From NCBI RefSeq assembly GCF_048593235.1, contig NC_133620.1, positions 373,641,261 through 373,705,260 on the forward strand: a stretch of DNA of 64,000 nt, written 5' to 3'. Under the pieces are notes generated by a model. The model worked only from the letters and a program-made list of their open reading frames with translations, had not been told where the DNA came from and did not search any database. The position numbers and the translations under genes were made by a program. Below, in pieces: positions 1 to 23,048 of the stretch (position 1 is the first letter of the stretch; each line of letters starts with the position of its first letter). The DNA comes from Sminthopsis crassicaudata (lineage: Eukaryota).

Positions 1-59
1 ACAGCTAGGAAATGCTTCATAAATAAAAGCGCCACTTTTAAGCGGCAGCGCGGGGTAAA

Positions 60-1160
60 TGACCCTGAAGCGGTTGTTTACAGCCCAGGTTGTAGTCCGG
101 CCTCCAGCGGTAACTGACTAGGGAGCCCGGGCGAGGCTTTTAGTAATAACTAACATTTACAAACTGCGGGTATTGTGCGTTCTCATCTGGAAATGCGGGG
201 GTGGGGCGGAGTGTTTGACCTTAAAGTCCCTGTGCTCTGTGGTTCCACTTCCTTTGGAATCCCAAGGCACCCTAGTGTTGGTCCCTGGTCAAGTGCGGGC
301 TGAAAGGATCGCGGAGACCGACCACGCCCAGCTAGCAGCTGCAGCATCCCGGAAGCTCAGCTCCTTATCCGCACCTGGGCTTTAACTGGAAGGAAATAAA
401 ACCGCGTCCCTACTAGCCGCGAAGGCAACAGCCGAAAGGGGACGGAGGACGTGGCCGGCCTCAGCCAGCGGGTGCCCCGCTCTCGGAACGTGGTCGTTAG
501 TCAGAAAAACTTCCACTTCCGGAGACTGCCTGCGGAGCGAGCGATCCGAGTGGGAGCCGAGGGATCCCAGCTGCAGCGCTTCCACCCCTCCCCGCCCCCG
601 CTCCCCGCCTCAGGGCAGGACCCCGAATGGCGAGCCTGGGCAAATCATTTACATCCCGGAGAGGGCAAGTGGTCCCTCTGCCTCCCAACGCAGGCGTCCC
701 GCTGCCGCCCAAAGCAAGAAATCAAAGTCGGTGTGCTCAAAACGGGAAAAATTTATGAATCAAACACCGCACTAAAGAGACGGAGCCCAGACGCTGCATA
801 ACAAAGCAGCAGCCCCACCAGGAGGGAGAAGGAAGGAAAACTCTTTTCTGGTGCAAAAAGTGTCTGGGGAGGGAGGAGAGCCAGGAGGAGGGGGGTCCGC
901 CCCGGCCTTTGATGGACAATCTGCCCGAGAAACAAAGACGCAGAAGGCTGGAAGGGGCGAAACGTCCGGCGGAGGCGTGGGGGCCCCCGGGGAGGGAAGA
1001 AGAGGAGGGGGAGAAGGCTCTTTCGCTCCCTCATTGGCCCCTCGGCTGACTGAAAGACCTTGCTGGCCAGCCTCAGCCAGATTGGCCGGTTGGGGCGCAC
1101 GCGTATTCGCGTACCCACGCCCGAGGAAAGAATTCCGGAGTCCTGGGAGAGTTGAGCGTG
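60..1160 (-). promoter_or_regulatory. CpG island/promoter, probably the upstream promoter and 5' non-coding exon region of GBA1 (coding exons would lie left of the window)
   Basis: CpG-rich. ETS-type ACTTCCGG at 515-522, GC boxes near 590-610, two CCAAT boxes (ATTGG on +) at 1033-1037 and 1081-1085, candidate minus-strand donor CAG|GTGCGG at 375. The GBA1 assignment rests only on synteny (GBA1 follows ENTREP3 in human); no GBA1 coding sequence is seen. Confidence 0.45.
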
Positions 1161-1977
1161 TTCTTGGTCCCCTCTTCTCCGCCTCCCATTCCTCCCCCAC
1201 GAGCCCTGCAGAAACCCTGGAAGAGCTTGTTTAGTTTGGGCTTTTTTTTTTATAGGCGGGAAAACTGAGTGTGAGTGTGTCTTGCTCATAGTATCAGTAG
1301 AGCTTTAGAGCCTACCCAGGTCCACCATTAAATCTTAATTCCCCCCACTCGCCCCATTGTTTGCACCTCTGTGTCCACTGAGACAAGCTCTGGCTGTTCT
1401 CCTGTGCCAGAATCACTGTCCTGGAGCCCTTCCTCCCAACTTCCACCCCTTGTGTTTGGTTCGCAGATTGTAGCCTGCAGAGCCTGTTTCCCAGCTGCCC
1501 AATCTTCCCGGTTCTCTGGAGCTGATAGCAACTGCGCTGTTATGAATGTGAATTATTCACGAAGTTACAGAGAAGGCTGTTTCCGGCCAGGGCTGTGCCC
1601 TCCCCTAGCCCCTGCCTCTGAGGGCACCCTCAGCCAGCCATCCAGGAAGGGCAGCGCCATGGTCCAGTGGGCTTAGGAAAACATTCCAATGGAGCCTCAT
1701 GTACTAATTCCCAACTGGAAAATGGGGATAATAATGATATTTGCCTCCCTCCCCCAGAGTTGTGAGGATAAAATATATTTGTCAAGAAAGCACTATAAAA
1801 ATGCTATCATCATCCCTCCTGCTGAGACTGTATTCTCTTTCCCCAACCCCATGTTTCCCGTCCTAAAAGCCCCTCCTGGACTTGGAATTAAAGAGCAGAG
1901 CCCTTGCCTTTGTCCCTGTGAACAGTCTGTGAGAAGGGGAGACAGTGCACAATAACAGTCTTGGGGGAGGAGAAGAA

Positions 1978-1983
1978 TTTATT
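1978..1983 (-). terminator. ENTREP3: AATAAA polyadenylation signal of ENTREP3
   Basis: TTTATT on + about 370 nt downstream of the ENTREP3 stop codon. Confidence 0.7.
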
Positions 1984-2351
1984 GGTTCTTCCTCCATCCA
2001 ACACACACACATCGTGTATCAGCTGTAAGCGGGCACAGCCCCAGGCAGCTTCCCCCCAATGCCCCGTAGCCCCATGCAGTGCATGAGCAAAGCTCTCCTG
2101 GGTGGAGAGGGAGGGAAAGAATGAGCAGCAAGGAACGGCCCCCCACCCACCCAGAGCAGGAAGGAGAGGGACAGGGGTCAGGGTGTTCAGCAGATTTTTT
2201 TCCTGCCAACTGGTGCAAGGAGACGGTGATAGAAGCTGGTCCAATGCCAGCCGGTAGCTTGTGGCCCGTGTTCACGTGGGCCTAGATGGGCATCCGGGCG
2301 GCATAGAACCCAGTTCGGAGCCAGGTGGAAGTTAGCAAGTGACGTCAGGGC

Positions 2352-7568
<5,217 letters not shown>

Positions 7569-8099
7569 CGTGCCCACCCCCTTGGCGCCTGCCTCTGTTG
7601 CAGTGCCCCCCTGGCACCTGAGAACATCTCAATGAAATCCAAGGCCACTCCCTTCTCTCTTCTTGCCCCCCCCTCGCCCCTTAGCCCCAGAACCCACCCC
7701 CTGCCTGGGCCCCAGGGTGCATGGCCCAAATGTTCCAGCTGGAAGGATGTCAGAGGGCACTTGAAGAGACTGGGGTGGGGAGGGGGGGGAATCCGCCTGT
7801 CCCCCAGGGACGGAGGTCACGTTGGGGCAGCAGGAGGCTCTCTCCCTACAGCAGGCAGAGGGTGGGCACAGTGCCCGGGGGCAGCTCGGAGGGAGGGGGG
7901 GCACCGGTTCATTTCATCGCCCTAGGGATGTGGGGTGGGGGAGGGGAGCAGGGAGGGGCCAGATTCCCCCTGGGAAGATGGAGGTAGGCTCTAGGATGCT
8001 AGACAGAGGACGGTTCCAGAAAAAAATCTGGGGGCCTGGGGTGGGGATGGAGGACTGGGGAGGATCGGGAGGGAGGGGCTGGGATGGAACGGGAGATGC

Positions 8100-8660
8100 A
8101 GCAAGGTGCGGCGGGAGGATGCCTGCGGGCGGGGGAGGGTAGTCGGACCGGTGGGTCCCGAGGCCCAGGTGGGCTGTCCCTCAGAGGTCCGGGCTTCTCC
8201 GTGGGGTAGGGCTCCACTGCAGGGCCGGCTCCCCGGGCGGCCAGCCCAGCTCGGCTCCCCGGGATCCTGGCTGCAGCAGGTCCAAGCGGGAGGCTACGGG
8301 GTTGGGGGGAGGAAATGGGGGGTGGAGAGGAGGGGCGGAGTGAAAAGGAGCAGCGCGGAGCAGTCTGGGAGCTGTAGTCGGGTCCTGGAACCACTAAAGT
8401 GGGGAAGAGGGGGCGGAGCGGGCTCCGCTCCCTCCCCGTCCCCTCCCCCGCCTCGGGCTCCGACGTGCCCATCCCACTCCAGATCTCCCACTTATCATCC
8501 CATTTATCTCCGAGTGCATCCTGCCCCACCCTACTCTCGCTCTCCCCAGGCAAAGAGCTGGTTCCGGCAGCCGGGGCTTCCCCCCCCCAGGCCCAGGCCA
8601 GGCAGAGGGCGGGGAGGGCCCCCGCTGCTTCCGGGGCCCAGCCCCCGGTTGGCCCCGAAC
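8100..8660 (-). promoter_or_regulatory. ENTREP3: GC/CpG-rich promoter and 5' UTR region of ENTREP3
   Basis: CpG-rich block with GGGCGG boxes between the ENTREP3 ATG (7568) and the SCAMP3 polyA signal (8725). Confidence 0.6.
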
Positions 8661-8724
8661 CCCTTCTTTCCCAAGGTTCCCTACGAAGACACTGAGTGAG
8701 GCTCGGCTCCAAGCTCGACTTTCC

Positions 8725-8730
8725 TTTATT
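8725..8730 (-). terminator. SCAMP3: AATAAA polyadenylation signal of SCAMP3
   Basis: TTTATT on + about 340 nt downstream of the SCAMP3 stop. Confidence 0.75.
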
Positions 8731-9067
8731 TAAATAACTGAAGCATTAGCCTTGGCACAGCAAAGGGAAGCGGGGCTCCCGAGGAGGGGGGGAACAGCAG
8801 CACGGAGAGGCCTGGGGAAGGGGGCCGAGTTGGGCAGTGGTTGGGACTGGGAGCAGCACCCCTGGGTTCCCCCTCACCCTCTTGGGCGGGCCAGTTCTCA
8901 CGGCCGCAGGTAAAGGAGAAGAGACAACAAATATAAGTATCGGTCCTTCCCCAAAATCGATCCTAGGAGAGATTTGAGGGGATTTAAGGGAGTAGAGCCA
9001 GCTTCATCCAGAGCCAAGGTTGGGGTGTCCAGCCGGGGAGGGGGAAAAGTAGGTGAGGAGAAGAACT

Positions 9068-14402
<5,335 letters not shown>

Positions 14403-14539
14403 GTCGGAAGGTCCGGCCTCGGCTTCGGCTTCAGCCTCGGCCTCGGCCTCAGCTCAGCCTTCTCCTGCTCCTCCTCCTTCCCTCCACCGCCTCTTCCGCG
14501 GCGGCGGCGGCAGCGGCTCGCGGGGCCTCGTCCCTGTCG

Positions 14540-14760
14540 GCCCGCCCCGCTTTCCAAGAGCTCTGATTGGCCGTGAGGACCGGAAGAAACTAGGGGATCC
14601 CTGCAACAGGAGACTACTACGCATGCGCAGAAACCCAAGACGGAAGTAAAGGATAATTGGCCTGTCCCAGTCCGGACTTGGGTACCGCCCCCTTCCTCAT
14701 GTGACTCTCGCTGAAGAACTACGCCTCCCGGTAGGCACTGCGCCATTAACGCTCAACTTC
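14540..14760 (-). promoter_or_regulatory. SCAMP3: SCAMP3 housekeeping-type promoter
   Basis: GC box (cccgccc) near 14541, CCAAT (attgg) near 14567, NRF1-like acgcatgcgc near 14618, ETS cggaagt 14641-14647, ZNF143-like actacgcctccc near 14718. Confidence 0.7.
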
Positions 14761-15217
14761 TAGCCCCACGTGTTGTGGGAAACTGTGTCCCCCTGTGTCC
14801 TCGGGCACTTTCCCCTCAGGCCGTATCCCACAGCTTACCACGTAACCGCAAGCACCAGCACAACCCTGATCGGCAATTTCCAGGCACCAGAGGCTTTTCA
14901 CCTCTTCACTAAGCTAGGTACGTCCCAGTAGGATCCGCCAGGGCCCGTGCGCGGGCGGACCGCGGCTCCGCCTTAGCTCCCGGGGTTTCCGCCAGGGTCG
15001 CTAATTTCCTAGCCGGGCTACAGGATTCCTCGAGAGCTGGCTGTAGTGCCTCCTTTCATAGTACTCAAAAGCCATCCGGTTATTTTCCCCTTAGGAAACT
15101 CATAAGGTGGGAATGAAAAATTTGACCCCATCTGGAAAATGCTCACTTGTTCTTTCGATACCCAACTCATCTTCCCGAACTCCAAATTTCAGATGGGTCA
15201 GTTGAAGCACATCATAT

Positions 15218-15223
15218 TTTATT
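15218..15223 (-). terminator. CLK2: AATAAA polyadenylation signal of CLK2
   Basis: TTTATT on + about 335 nt downstream of the CLK2 stop. Confidence 0.75.
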
Positions 15224-15556
15224 TCACAAAGACTGTACAAAATTCCTTATAAAACATAGGGTAGGTACTACCTCACCACCTCACGCCCCCTCCAGCACTG
15301 CTGGAAAGAGCAAATGAAGGCCCGAGAGGGTGTTGAAGGGACAGCTTTATATACAGGGCTTCAAAGGGGGAAGAGAATAAAGGCCAGAGAGCTCTGCTGT
15401 ATTTACACTATCTCACATATTCACAGGTTTACAAAGGAGCCAGGAGGAGGGCGAGGGAAGTTACTCCTGCTCCATTCTTTTGTATAAAAAAGCACCAGTG
15501 TCCCAGATTGGCCACTCATTGCCGGAAGAGGCAACCAGGGGCCCCAGGCCCAGTTG

Positions 15557-18500
15557 TCACCGGCTGATATCCCGACTGGAGTCCCACACCTTAGCGCTTG
15601 GCGGTTCAGCCCTAAGGCGGGCAAAGAAAGGATGTTGAAGGGCTTCGCCCAGGGTCAGTCGCTTGGCAGGTTCATATTCTAGCATGCTCTCAATCAGGTC
15701 AAATAGCTGGTGGTGTTCATCTGCCTCTGATGTCAGGTATCGCTGGTGGAGGGCAGGAAAAGGGTGAGCTGGGCTGCCCAGGGAGACAGGACCCTCCATG
15801 GCAGGCAGATTTGATTGTGTAGGCTGGGTTTTGAGTTCCGAAGAGCATCTACCCCAGACCAGTCACCCATAAGCCATCCTATGAACCTCCCAACACACTG
15901 ATTTCACAGCTCAATGTACTCAAGGACACTCATCCTTGATACATGAAACCAATTTTCCTTATGTCTTCTATTTGATGTTTCCTACAGTTAGAGATGGCAT
16001 TTGTTCCTTAGGTATCCAGGATGCTGCCTTGACCTCTGACTGATACTTTTCTTAACCATTGTTTTCAGTCTCTCAGTTCTGTCCCCCAATAATCACACTT
16101 CCTTCAATTCCTTCCAACCCCTTTACTAGTCCCCATATTTAAAACTAGTCTCTGAGATTCCACCATCCCCAACCCTGCTCACCCGCAGAGGTTTGCAATT
16201 CTCTCGCACATAACGGCCAGCCGATGTGTTCTCATCCCAATCCAGTCGACCCCGGTAAAAATACTTCTGCTTCCTGTTGGAGGTGGGGGTTTAAGGGATT
16301 CAAGGGGTTCACATTCATAAGGAGAACTCCCCCACCTCCTTGATCTCAGCATCATTAAGTAGAAAAAATGCTGGTTTAGGGGGCCAGGTAAGTACCTGGC
16401 TTTGAAATCTATATATGACATGTGATTTTCTGTAACCGTGAGCAAGTTAATTGACTTTTCTGACCTCTATTTCCCCATCTATAAAGGAGATAATACTCCA
16501 CAGGGTTATGAAAAAATGAGAAAATATATGTAATGCACTTTAAAAGTCTTAAAGCACTATAAAAACATCAGTTTTATTATTATATCCCTAGGCCTTGGCT
16601 GGCCATGAAAAGCATAAAGAAGACTGATGAGAAAATGTACCCACTTCTCAGGAAATCCCACTTCTCAGAGGAAGAGAATGAGTATTAAGGCTTCACCCAA
16701 GCTGGGCTCTCACCTACCTGGTTTTTCTGATCATTCGAGAGGGAATGGGCCCCAGGATCCTCTCCATCATGGCCAAATGTTCTCGGTTGTCATGAGTCTG
16801 AGAAAATCAAGAAATAAATGGTCCATGGGGCAGGGGGAATGATAGATTAACTGCTAAGGAGACAAAAAAGCTGCTGTATGGAGAGATGGGAAGGAATGAT
16901 GGGTTGGGAAAGCAGGGAGGTGGACTCTCAGAAGGTGAAAGGGTAAGTAGGTGCCAGGGGGTGATGCAAGGCGCCCTTTCCCCCTCACCTGGAACAAGGT
17001 GAAGCCAACGTAGTACTCGAAGATGATGCAGCCGATGCTCCACACGTCACAGGGCTGAGTCCAGCCGAGCTCTGGGTGTGGGGATGGGAGGGGGGGAGGG
17101 GGAGATGGCGCTGTGAGGCCCCAGGTGGCCCCACCCTCATCCCACCCCATCCTGGATGATCTTACTCTTCCTTACCCAAGATGACCTCCGGAGCTCGGTA
17201 ATGTCGAGTGGAGACAATGGTGCTATGGTGTTCGTGATCAAAAGTGGCACTGCCAAAATCCACTACCCGCACTGCTGTATTCTTCACACTCCGTTCATCC
17301 CGTTTCTAGAAGAAAGACAAGCAGAGATTGAATTTCAGCTTTTGGCATAGCTATGACTTGGCCTTGTGCTTAAAGCACTGAAGCATTCATTCTCACAAAG
17401 AATCCTTGAGGATGTGTGCCATTTTTGCCTCCCACCCACTCCTTCACTAGCCAGAGACACTTCTTGCTTCCCAGCCTCCACATCTACCTCAGCTAAGTAC
17501 TTTCAGAAGTGGAGGCCAGTTGAGAATCAAGAATGATTACCTACCAATCTAAGAGTCTACATATATGTCCAGAATATTTCTCAATGTGTAGCACTTGTTT
17601 TTCTAAATAAGAATGTGAGTATATGTGCGTATAAGCCTTTGTGTATATATGAGCGATGGCTACAGTCAGAAGAAGGCCAGTGCTATCCCCCTTTGATCCC
17701 CACTCAGCTTTTCTCTTTGGTGGTTTTTCTCTGGGTATGCAAACTAGCTGAATTCAATAGCCTAACAGACTATCTGAAGGAAGAGAAAAAGAGCAAACTG
17801 GAACATAAGTTTAGCCAGAACTACAGAAATGTGGAATCAACATTATTAATGTAACATTTGATAGAATTAAAAAAACAAAACACAAAACCTCCCAACTGAA
17901 AAGTAGTTCTTAGTTTTTCTCAAATTCTCTTGCAATTTAAGCTGATTTTCTTCCTTTCATTCTATTATTGTCTTAGTGGAAACTGAAGTGGAGGCAGGGA
18001 GAAAGGAGATGATGTGGGAGACATAAAGGTGAAAGGACAGGAAGCAAGGGAACAATTGGAAGTGGCACAACTGGCCCTACCCCTTTGCCAAGGGGGCAGG
18101 CTCTAGCCCTCTCACCTTCTCCAGGTTGTAGGTGAGTTCATAATCCGAATTCACAAACAGGATGTTTTCTGGCTTGAGGTCCGTATGTGTCAGCTTGTTG
18201 TCATGGAGGACTGCAGGGGAGAGGGTGGGGTCAAGCCAAGTCCTAAGTAGGGGCAGGGCTGAAGCATCCCAGCCTAGTCCAATGGGTGGGATCAGAACTG
18301 TGATGGAGGAGGCTGTATCTAGGAACTGCTCAGGAGTACTACTCCCTATTCTCCAGCCAATTAACTGACTGCACCAAGAACCTTTCTGACTCATGGCTGA
18401 TAATCATCTACAAGGTTTACAGAGAAATGGATACATTCAATTCTTAGTGCCAAAGGAGGGGAAACTGTGATGTTATAAAAAACAGAATGATCTTGAAACC

Positions 18501-20046
18501 ATGTATCTGGCTTGGAAAAATCTTTTGTACTGACCCAGATACATGAAGGCATCTGATGCTACAGAAATCTCCCATACTTCAAAGCAATTCATGAAGTTGC
18601 CCTATTAAGATCTGATTCAAGAAGAACCGTGAAGCTGTCCAGATTCCCTATCCTGAACCCTGGGTTAACTCAACTAGTCTCTGCTATCCATGTCGTTGCT
18701 GGGGGTGGACATCAACCCCCTCTGATGAATGCACCTTCTAGGCCAAACAGCCCTATCTAAACACTGGATGTCTGGCTTGTACCTTCCCTGAAAAGAGAGG
18801 GAAAGCAATAATTAAAGTGTTTTGGTTTCAAAGGCCTTGTCTTCCAGCTCCAGATGGGCTGAATGTAGAGTGACAGTAAAGAGAGACGGTGATAGTAACA
18901 TCAGCCAAGGAGTTAAGTCAGAAGAAGAGGATGTCAAGGTAACATTGAAAGCAAGAACTGCAGATTTTAGTCAAGAGTTCGGTGCTCAAGGGCTTCACGA
19001 GCGTGAAGCTGAGCCTGAAGAGGTCCCCTAGGGAGGGGGCACTGCCCTGAGCCCGCCTCTGCCCGCCCCACTCACACTTGACGGCCTGACACAGCTGGAA
19101 TGCCATGTGGCGCACTTGGTGGATGGGGTAGGGCAGGTAGTTGTTGTCTTTGAGGAAGTCGAAAGTGCTGAGGCCCAGGAGCTCGAAGGAGATACACATG
19201 TGGCCATGGTAGTCAAACCAGTCAAACATCTGGACACACAGGCTGAGGAGAGAGGGAAGGGGAGAGCAGTGAACCCCCTCTGCCTGCTCCTCCTCCGCCT
19301 GCAGCGGTGGCAGGGTGGGCTCACATGGCAGGACAAGGTCAGCAGATTCAGGGCTGGTCAGGGGCCCTGCCTAGCCTGTGGTCAACAACATGATTGCCCT
19401 CAGGAGCTCTTTTGCACGTGATGCTGGAAAATCATCAAGTTAGTTTTCTTCCATCACTAAATAGCTCTGGAGATTCTGTTTCCCTTATGAAGTCTTCCTG
19501 GATTGATCAGAGAAAACAGATGCAGGGATGGATAGAATCTTAGATGCCATCTAAGAGGAGACTTAGATCCAAAGCATGTGTCCATTCTATGTCCTAAACT
19601 ATCTTTGCTTACTTGGTGGTCTTCTACCCCATGCACTACAAATGTAACATGCTCCGGCTTCTGCAACTAGCATGTAGTTTTCCCAGTCTCATTGCTAAAA
19701 CGCACTCACCCTTGACCAGTGTTTGTTATATGTATGTATACACACCTCCAGTTCACTTACAGGTCTACCCATATATGTGCACATGCACACACACACACAG
19801 AAGCTTGTATTATAAAGAGAGAGCCAGAGTGAGGAGGACCAAGGTTTAAAGACTGACTGTGATACTTACCAGTTTTGTGATCATGGGCAAATCATAATTT
19901 CTGAGCCTCAGGGATCAGTGGAGGCATCCATACCAACAAAACTACATGTCACTAATGCTAGCATACACCTGGCATGAGCTAAGTACAAATTAAATGCTTA
20001 TTGTAATATTTTCTCCTATTTAGAATGTGTGTATGTATGCATGCAA

Positions 20047-20096
<50 letters not shown>

Positions 20097-23048
20097 CTTC
20101 TAGTTCATACTTTGGCTTAATGCTTTTCTAATGCCAGTATGACTTATGTAAAATATCCATATACACTGTATCTTTTTGAGATCATATATTCCAGATATCA
20201 AGGATTATGCCATTATAAAAAGCTCTATTACCATCTAAAATTAAGAGCTTATTAAATTTTTAAAAATGCAATTGATTATGATATTATTGGAGATAAAGAA
20301 ATAGAAAAAGGACAAGGAGAAAATTTGTATCCTCTTGTTTCTTCCATTTCCCAAGTGCCCCCCAAATCCTGGGTGTGTCTGTTGTGTAAGAAGGATGGAA
20401 ACTCAGGCCTTCCTTCCTTCCCTGCCCTGCTTACTTCTTATTGTCTGGATCCTTTTCATTGATCTTCTCCAGAACATTGATTTCCAGTCGTGCTGCCTCT
20501 TTGTACTTTTCCACATTCTTAATGATCTTTAGGGCAACCCGAGCTCCACCCCTGCAGGATGGCAGGAGAAACTGTTGGTGGGTACTCAAGAACACTCCAG
20601 AATCTATGAGATTGTCTAAGATATTTAGAAATGAGCAAAGTGTGCCCTAGATATGCTCCATCCCTCTATTTCTGTGGTTATCGGGGGGGGGGGGAGGGGA
20701 GAAACGGACGACAATAAGGGTTAAGAAAGAAGGGTTAGTTCATACCTTCGATGATCCACACACTGTACAACACGGCCAAAGGTCCCCTCTCCTAGAGTGC
20801 TCACAATCTCATCTGAAATGGTACAGAATGGGATTGGGGGAAGAGGGAAGGAGAGAAAAGGTAGGGTAAGTTTAATTGGTAGAAGATGAGCATATTGACC
20901 TGGGGGTAGGAGATGACAGAAAGGGGAGACAGATAAGTCATGGGAGGAGACCCCTGACTGATTCCCACCACCTAAACCCCAGGGTCAGAAGAACTGGAAG
21001 TGGGCTATAGGGATCAATTTATAATAACAACTCAAACCACCCATATGACAAACATCACAGAGAAGAGACAGAAGAGGCAGTGACTTGGGTTGGCATAGGG
21101 GAGATTAAGATGTTTATAGGACCATTACAAGCTATAGGATTGTTACGATTTGGCTTGTACATCGCTCTTGTAGCCAGTCCCCGACGTGGTAGATGAGGTG
21201 ACCCTCAGCGTCGTCCTCCACACTCTTGGCTCTCCGGCTGCTGTGCTGCTGTCAGGGGGCGGTGGGGGGTAGGAGCGAGCCAGGTGTCGGAGCGGGGGCC
21301 GAAGGGAGGCGGGGTGAATGGTAGAGGGGCCACCGGTCACAGGCGCCCAGCCAAGGGGGACAGACGATGATGGGGGACAGCGGAAGGTAATACGTCAGAT
21401 GTAATAAGGTGGATTGGGGACAGAAGAGAGAGCGACGTATAATCCCAGGTCCCCAAATCCAAAGTGGGGTCAGAGGAGGGATGGGGCAGAGCAAAGAAGT
21501 GGTTTAGTTGCTATAGTCACCACAGTCCCATGACAGACAACAATATCTCCTCCATGGGGCAAGAGTTACCCTACCCCCCACCAGTTACCACCACAGAGAT
21601 GGGTACAGAGCCCAGAGGGAGAGAGGCATATCCCAAGCAAAGCCTCAGTTTAAAATTAACTATTATTACTAGATAATAAAAAGTAATCAAAGCATTTAGA
21701 ACAGAGCTGATCATCCTAAGAACAGCAGGTATAATACACCAAGTAGGGCACTTAGTAAGCATAAAGGCATAGTGTTTACATAATCCAAGTTCTAATGTCC
21801 TGGTGTCCTTTAAGAGCCAGAGAGGTTCAGAAGAAGAGAACTGGACTAGTGCCCACCACAGTATTCACACCCCATAGCATAGATGAGAACAGGTCATTTC
21901 CTACTTACCCAGAATCCTAAGAGTCTTGAAGAATGGGGAGAGAAGAGATGATGTTGAGTACTCACCGAAGATGAATGGCTGAATGTCCGGCTATGTCGTC
22001 TTCGCCGCCTGTGTTTCCTACGGCTACTGCGCTGACTACGGTAGCTGTCATCCCGATGATACTCATAGGAATGTCGATACTCAGCTTCATAGTAAGGTTC
22101 CCCTCGCTCTCGGCTGTAGTCACGCCTGTAGCTGCCACAGTATCGTCGGTCATAAGCCCGCCTGTCAGAAGAGTGCTCATCATAGCTGAAAGGACAGAAA
22201 AAAGTCCTAAAGATTAAACCTTTTTGATTTAGGAAAAGCTTCTTTCCCATTCTTGTACAATTAGACGTTCTGCCATACCATATGACATCAAACAAACTCA
22301 TTCTCTTTCTCTTCTCCAGTTTCTATTAGATTAGGGAAAAAAAGAAGCTCTACTAGGAAATAGCTATCTTCTCCTAGTCATCTCAAGAGCCCAAGCCCTG
22401 AGAGAGTGAGATAATATAGCCAAAGAAAACAGCCCCACATATATAAATATCACACAACTTCTCAAAAAACAGCATAAAACAAAACCAATTTGATCTCTTT
22501 TCATCCCCTTCTTTACGAGGCATTGACCTCTTTTTAGAGACTTTTCCTGAACTCCACTCATCATCCACAATGCCAGCACTCTCACTGACCGATCTTATAT
22601 CTTACTAACCTTTGGTCACTTTATGTGTGTGTTCTGCTTCGCTGACCAGACTAATATATTGTGAACAAGAAGCTCAACAATTTCATTTTCTAATGTTCTT
22701 TATTATTATCGACTCCTATCTTACCTTCCAGATCTCTATTTAGAATGGGTATTTGTAAATATTGTTGATATTATAACAGTTGCAAAGTTTACAAAGTTAT
22801 AGCAATTTTGCAATCATGCATTTCTGTGGACGTGTCTTTCCCTACACCGAGTTCCCTAATGACTTCCTAGCTCCTCACCTCCTAGAACGGACATGATAGC
22901 TGTCTTCTCGCCGGCGCCGCCGAGTCCGGTCACTGCTGCTGGACCAAGAACGGCTTCTCCTACGCTTATGTTTTCGACTTCGGTAGTGTTCATGGTAGCT
23001 GCCCCGGCTGCCCCGCTCTGAAGAACGGTATCTTCGGGGGTGAGGCAT
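15557..23048 (-). CDS. CLK2: CDC-like kinase 2 (LAMMER dual-specificity SR-protein kinase), 497 aa from the canonical ATG
   Basis: 12 coding exons: 23048-22879, 22185-21966, 21248-21161, 20812-20746, 20551-20435, 19242-19076, 18210-18116, 17305-17176, 17071-16989, 16797-16718, 16273-16183, 15742-15557 (1494 nt). RS-rich N-terminus, [41 protein letters not shown]. Confidence 0.98.
20055..20089. repeat. (CA)n microsatellite preceded by tgcgcg
   Basis: About 17 CA units in a CLK2 intron. Confidence 0.9.

Noticed and set aside
173-1289. Several ORFs of 60-178 aa in the left CpG island, checked as possible GBA1 exons
   Set aside because: No resemblance to the glucocerebrosidase signal peptide or catalytic domain; most start at GTG/TTG; typical GC-rich open frames.
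7999-8712. 237-aa and 197-aa overlapping ORFs upstream of ENTREP3
   Set aside because: Low-complexity Pro/Gly/Arg products on both strands of a GC-rich promoter, with no recognisable domain.
14403-14456. (Ala-Glu)6 hexamer repeat in frame with the SCAMP3 ATG, varying only at third positions
   Set aside because: An in-frame TGA at 14456-14454 closes the frame, with no start codon or credible acceptor between it and the ATG; best read as a 5' UTR microsatellite.
16300-16400. Possible C/D snoRNA or U1 pseudogene in a CLK2 intron
   Set aside because: Only an imperfect C box with no properly spaced D box or terminal stem; U1 identity stops after 12 nt. The short match is reported as a possible cis element instead.
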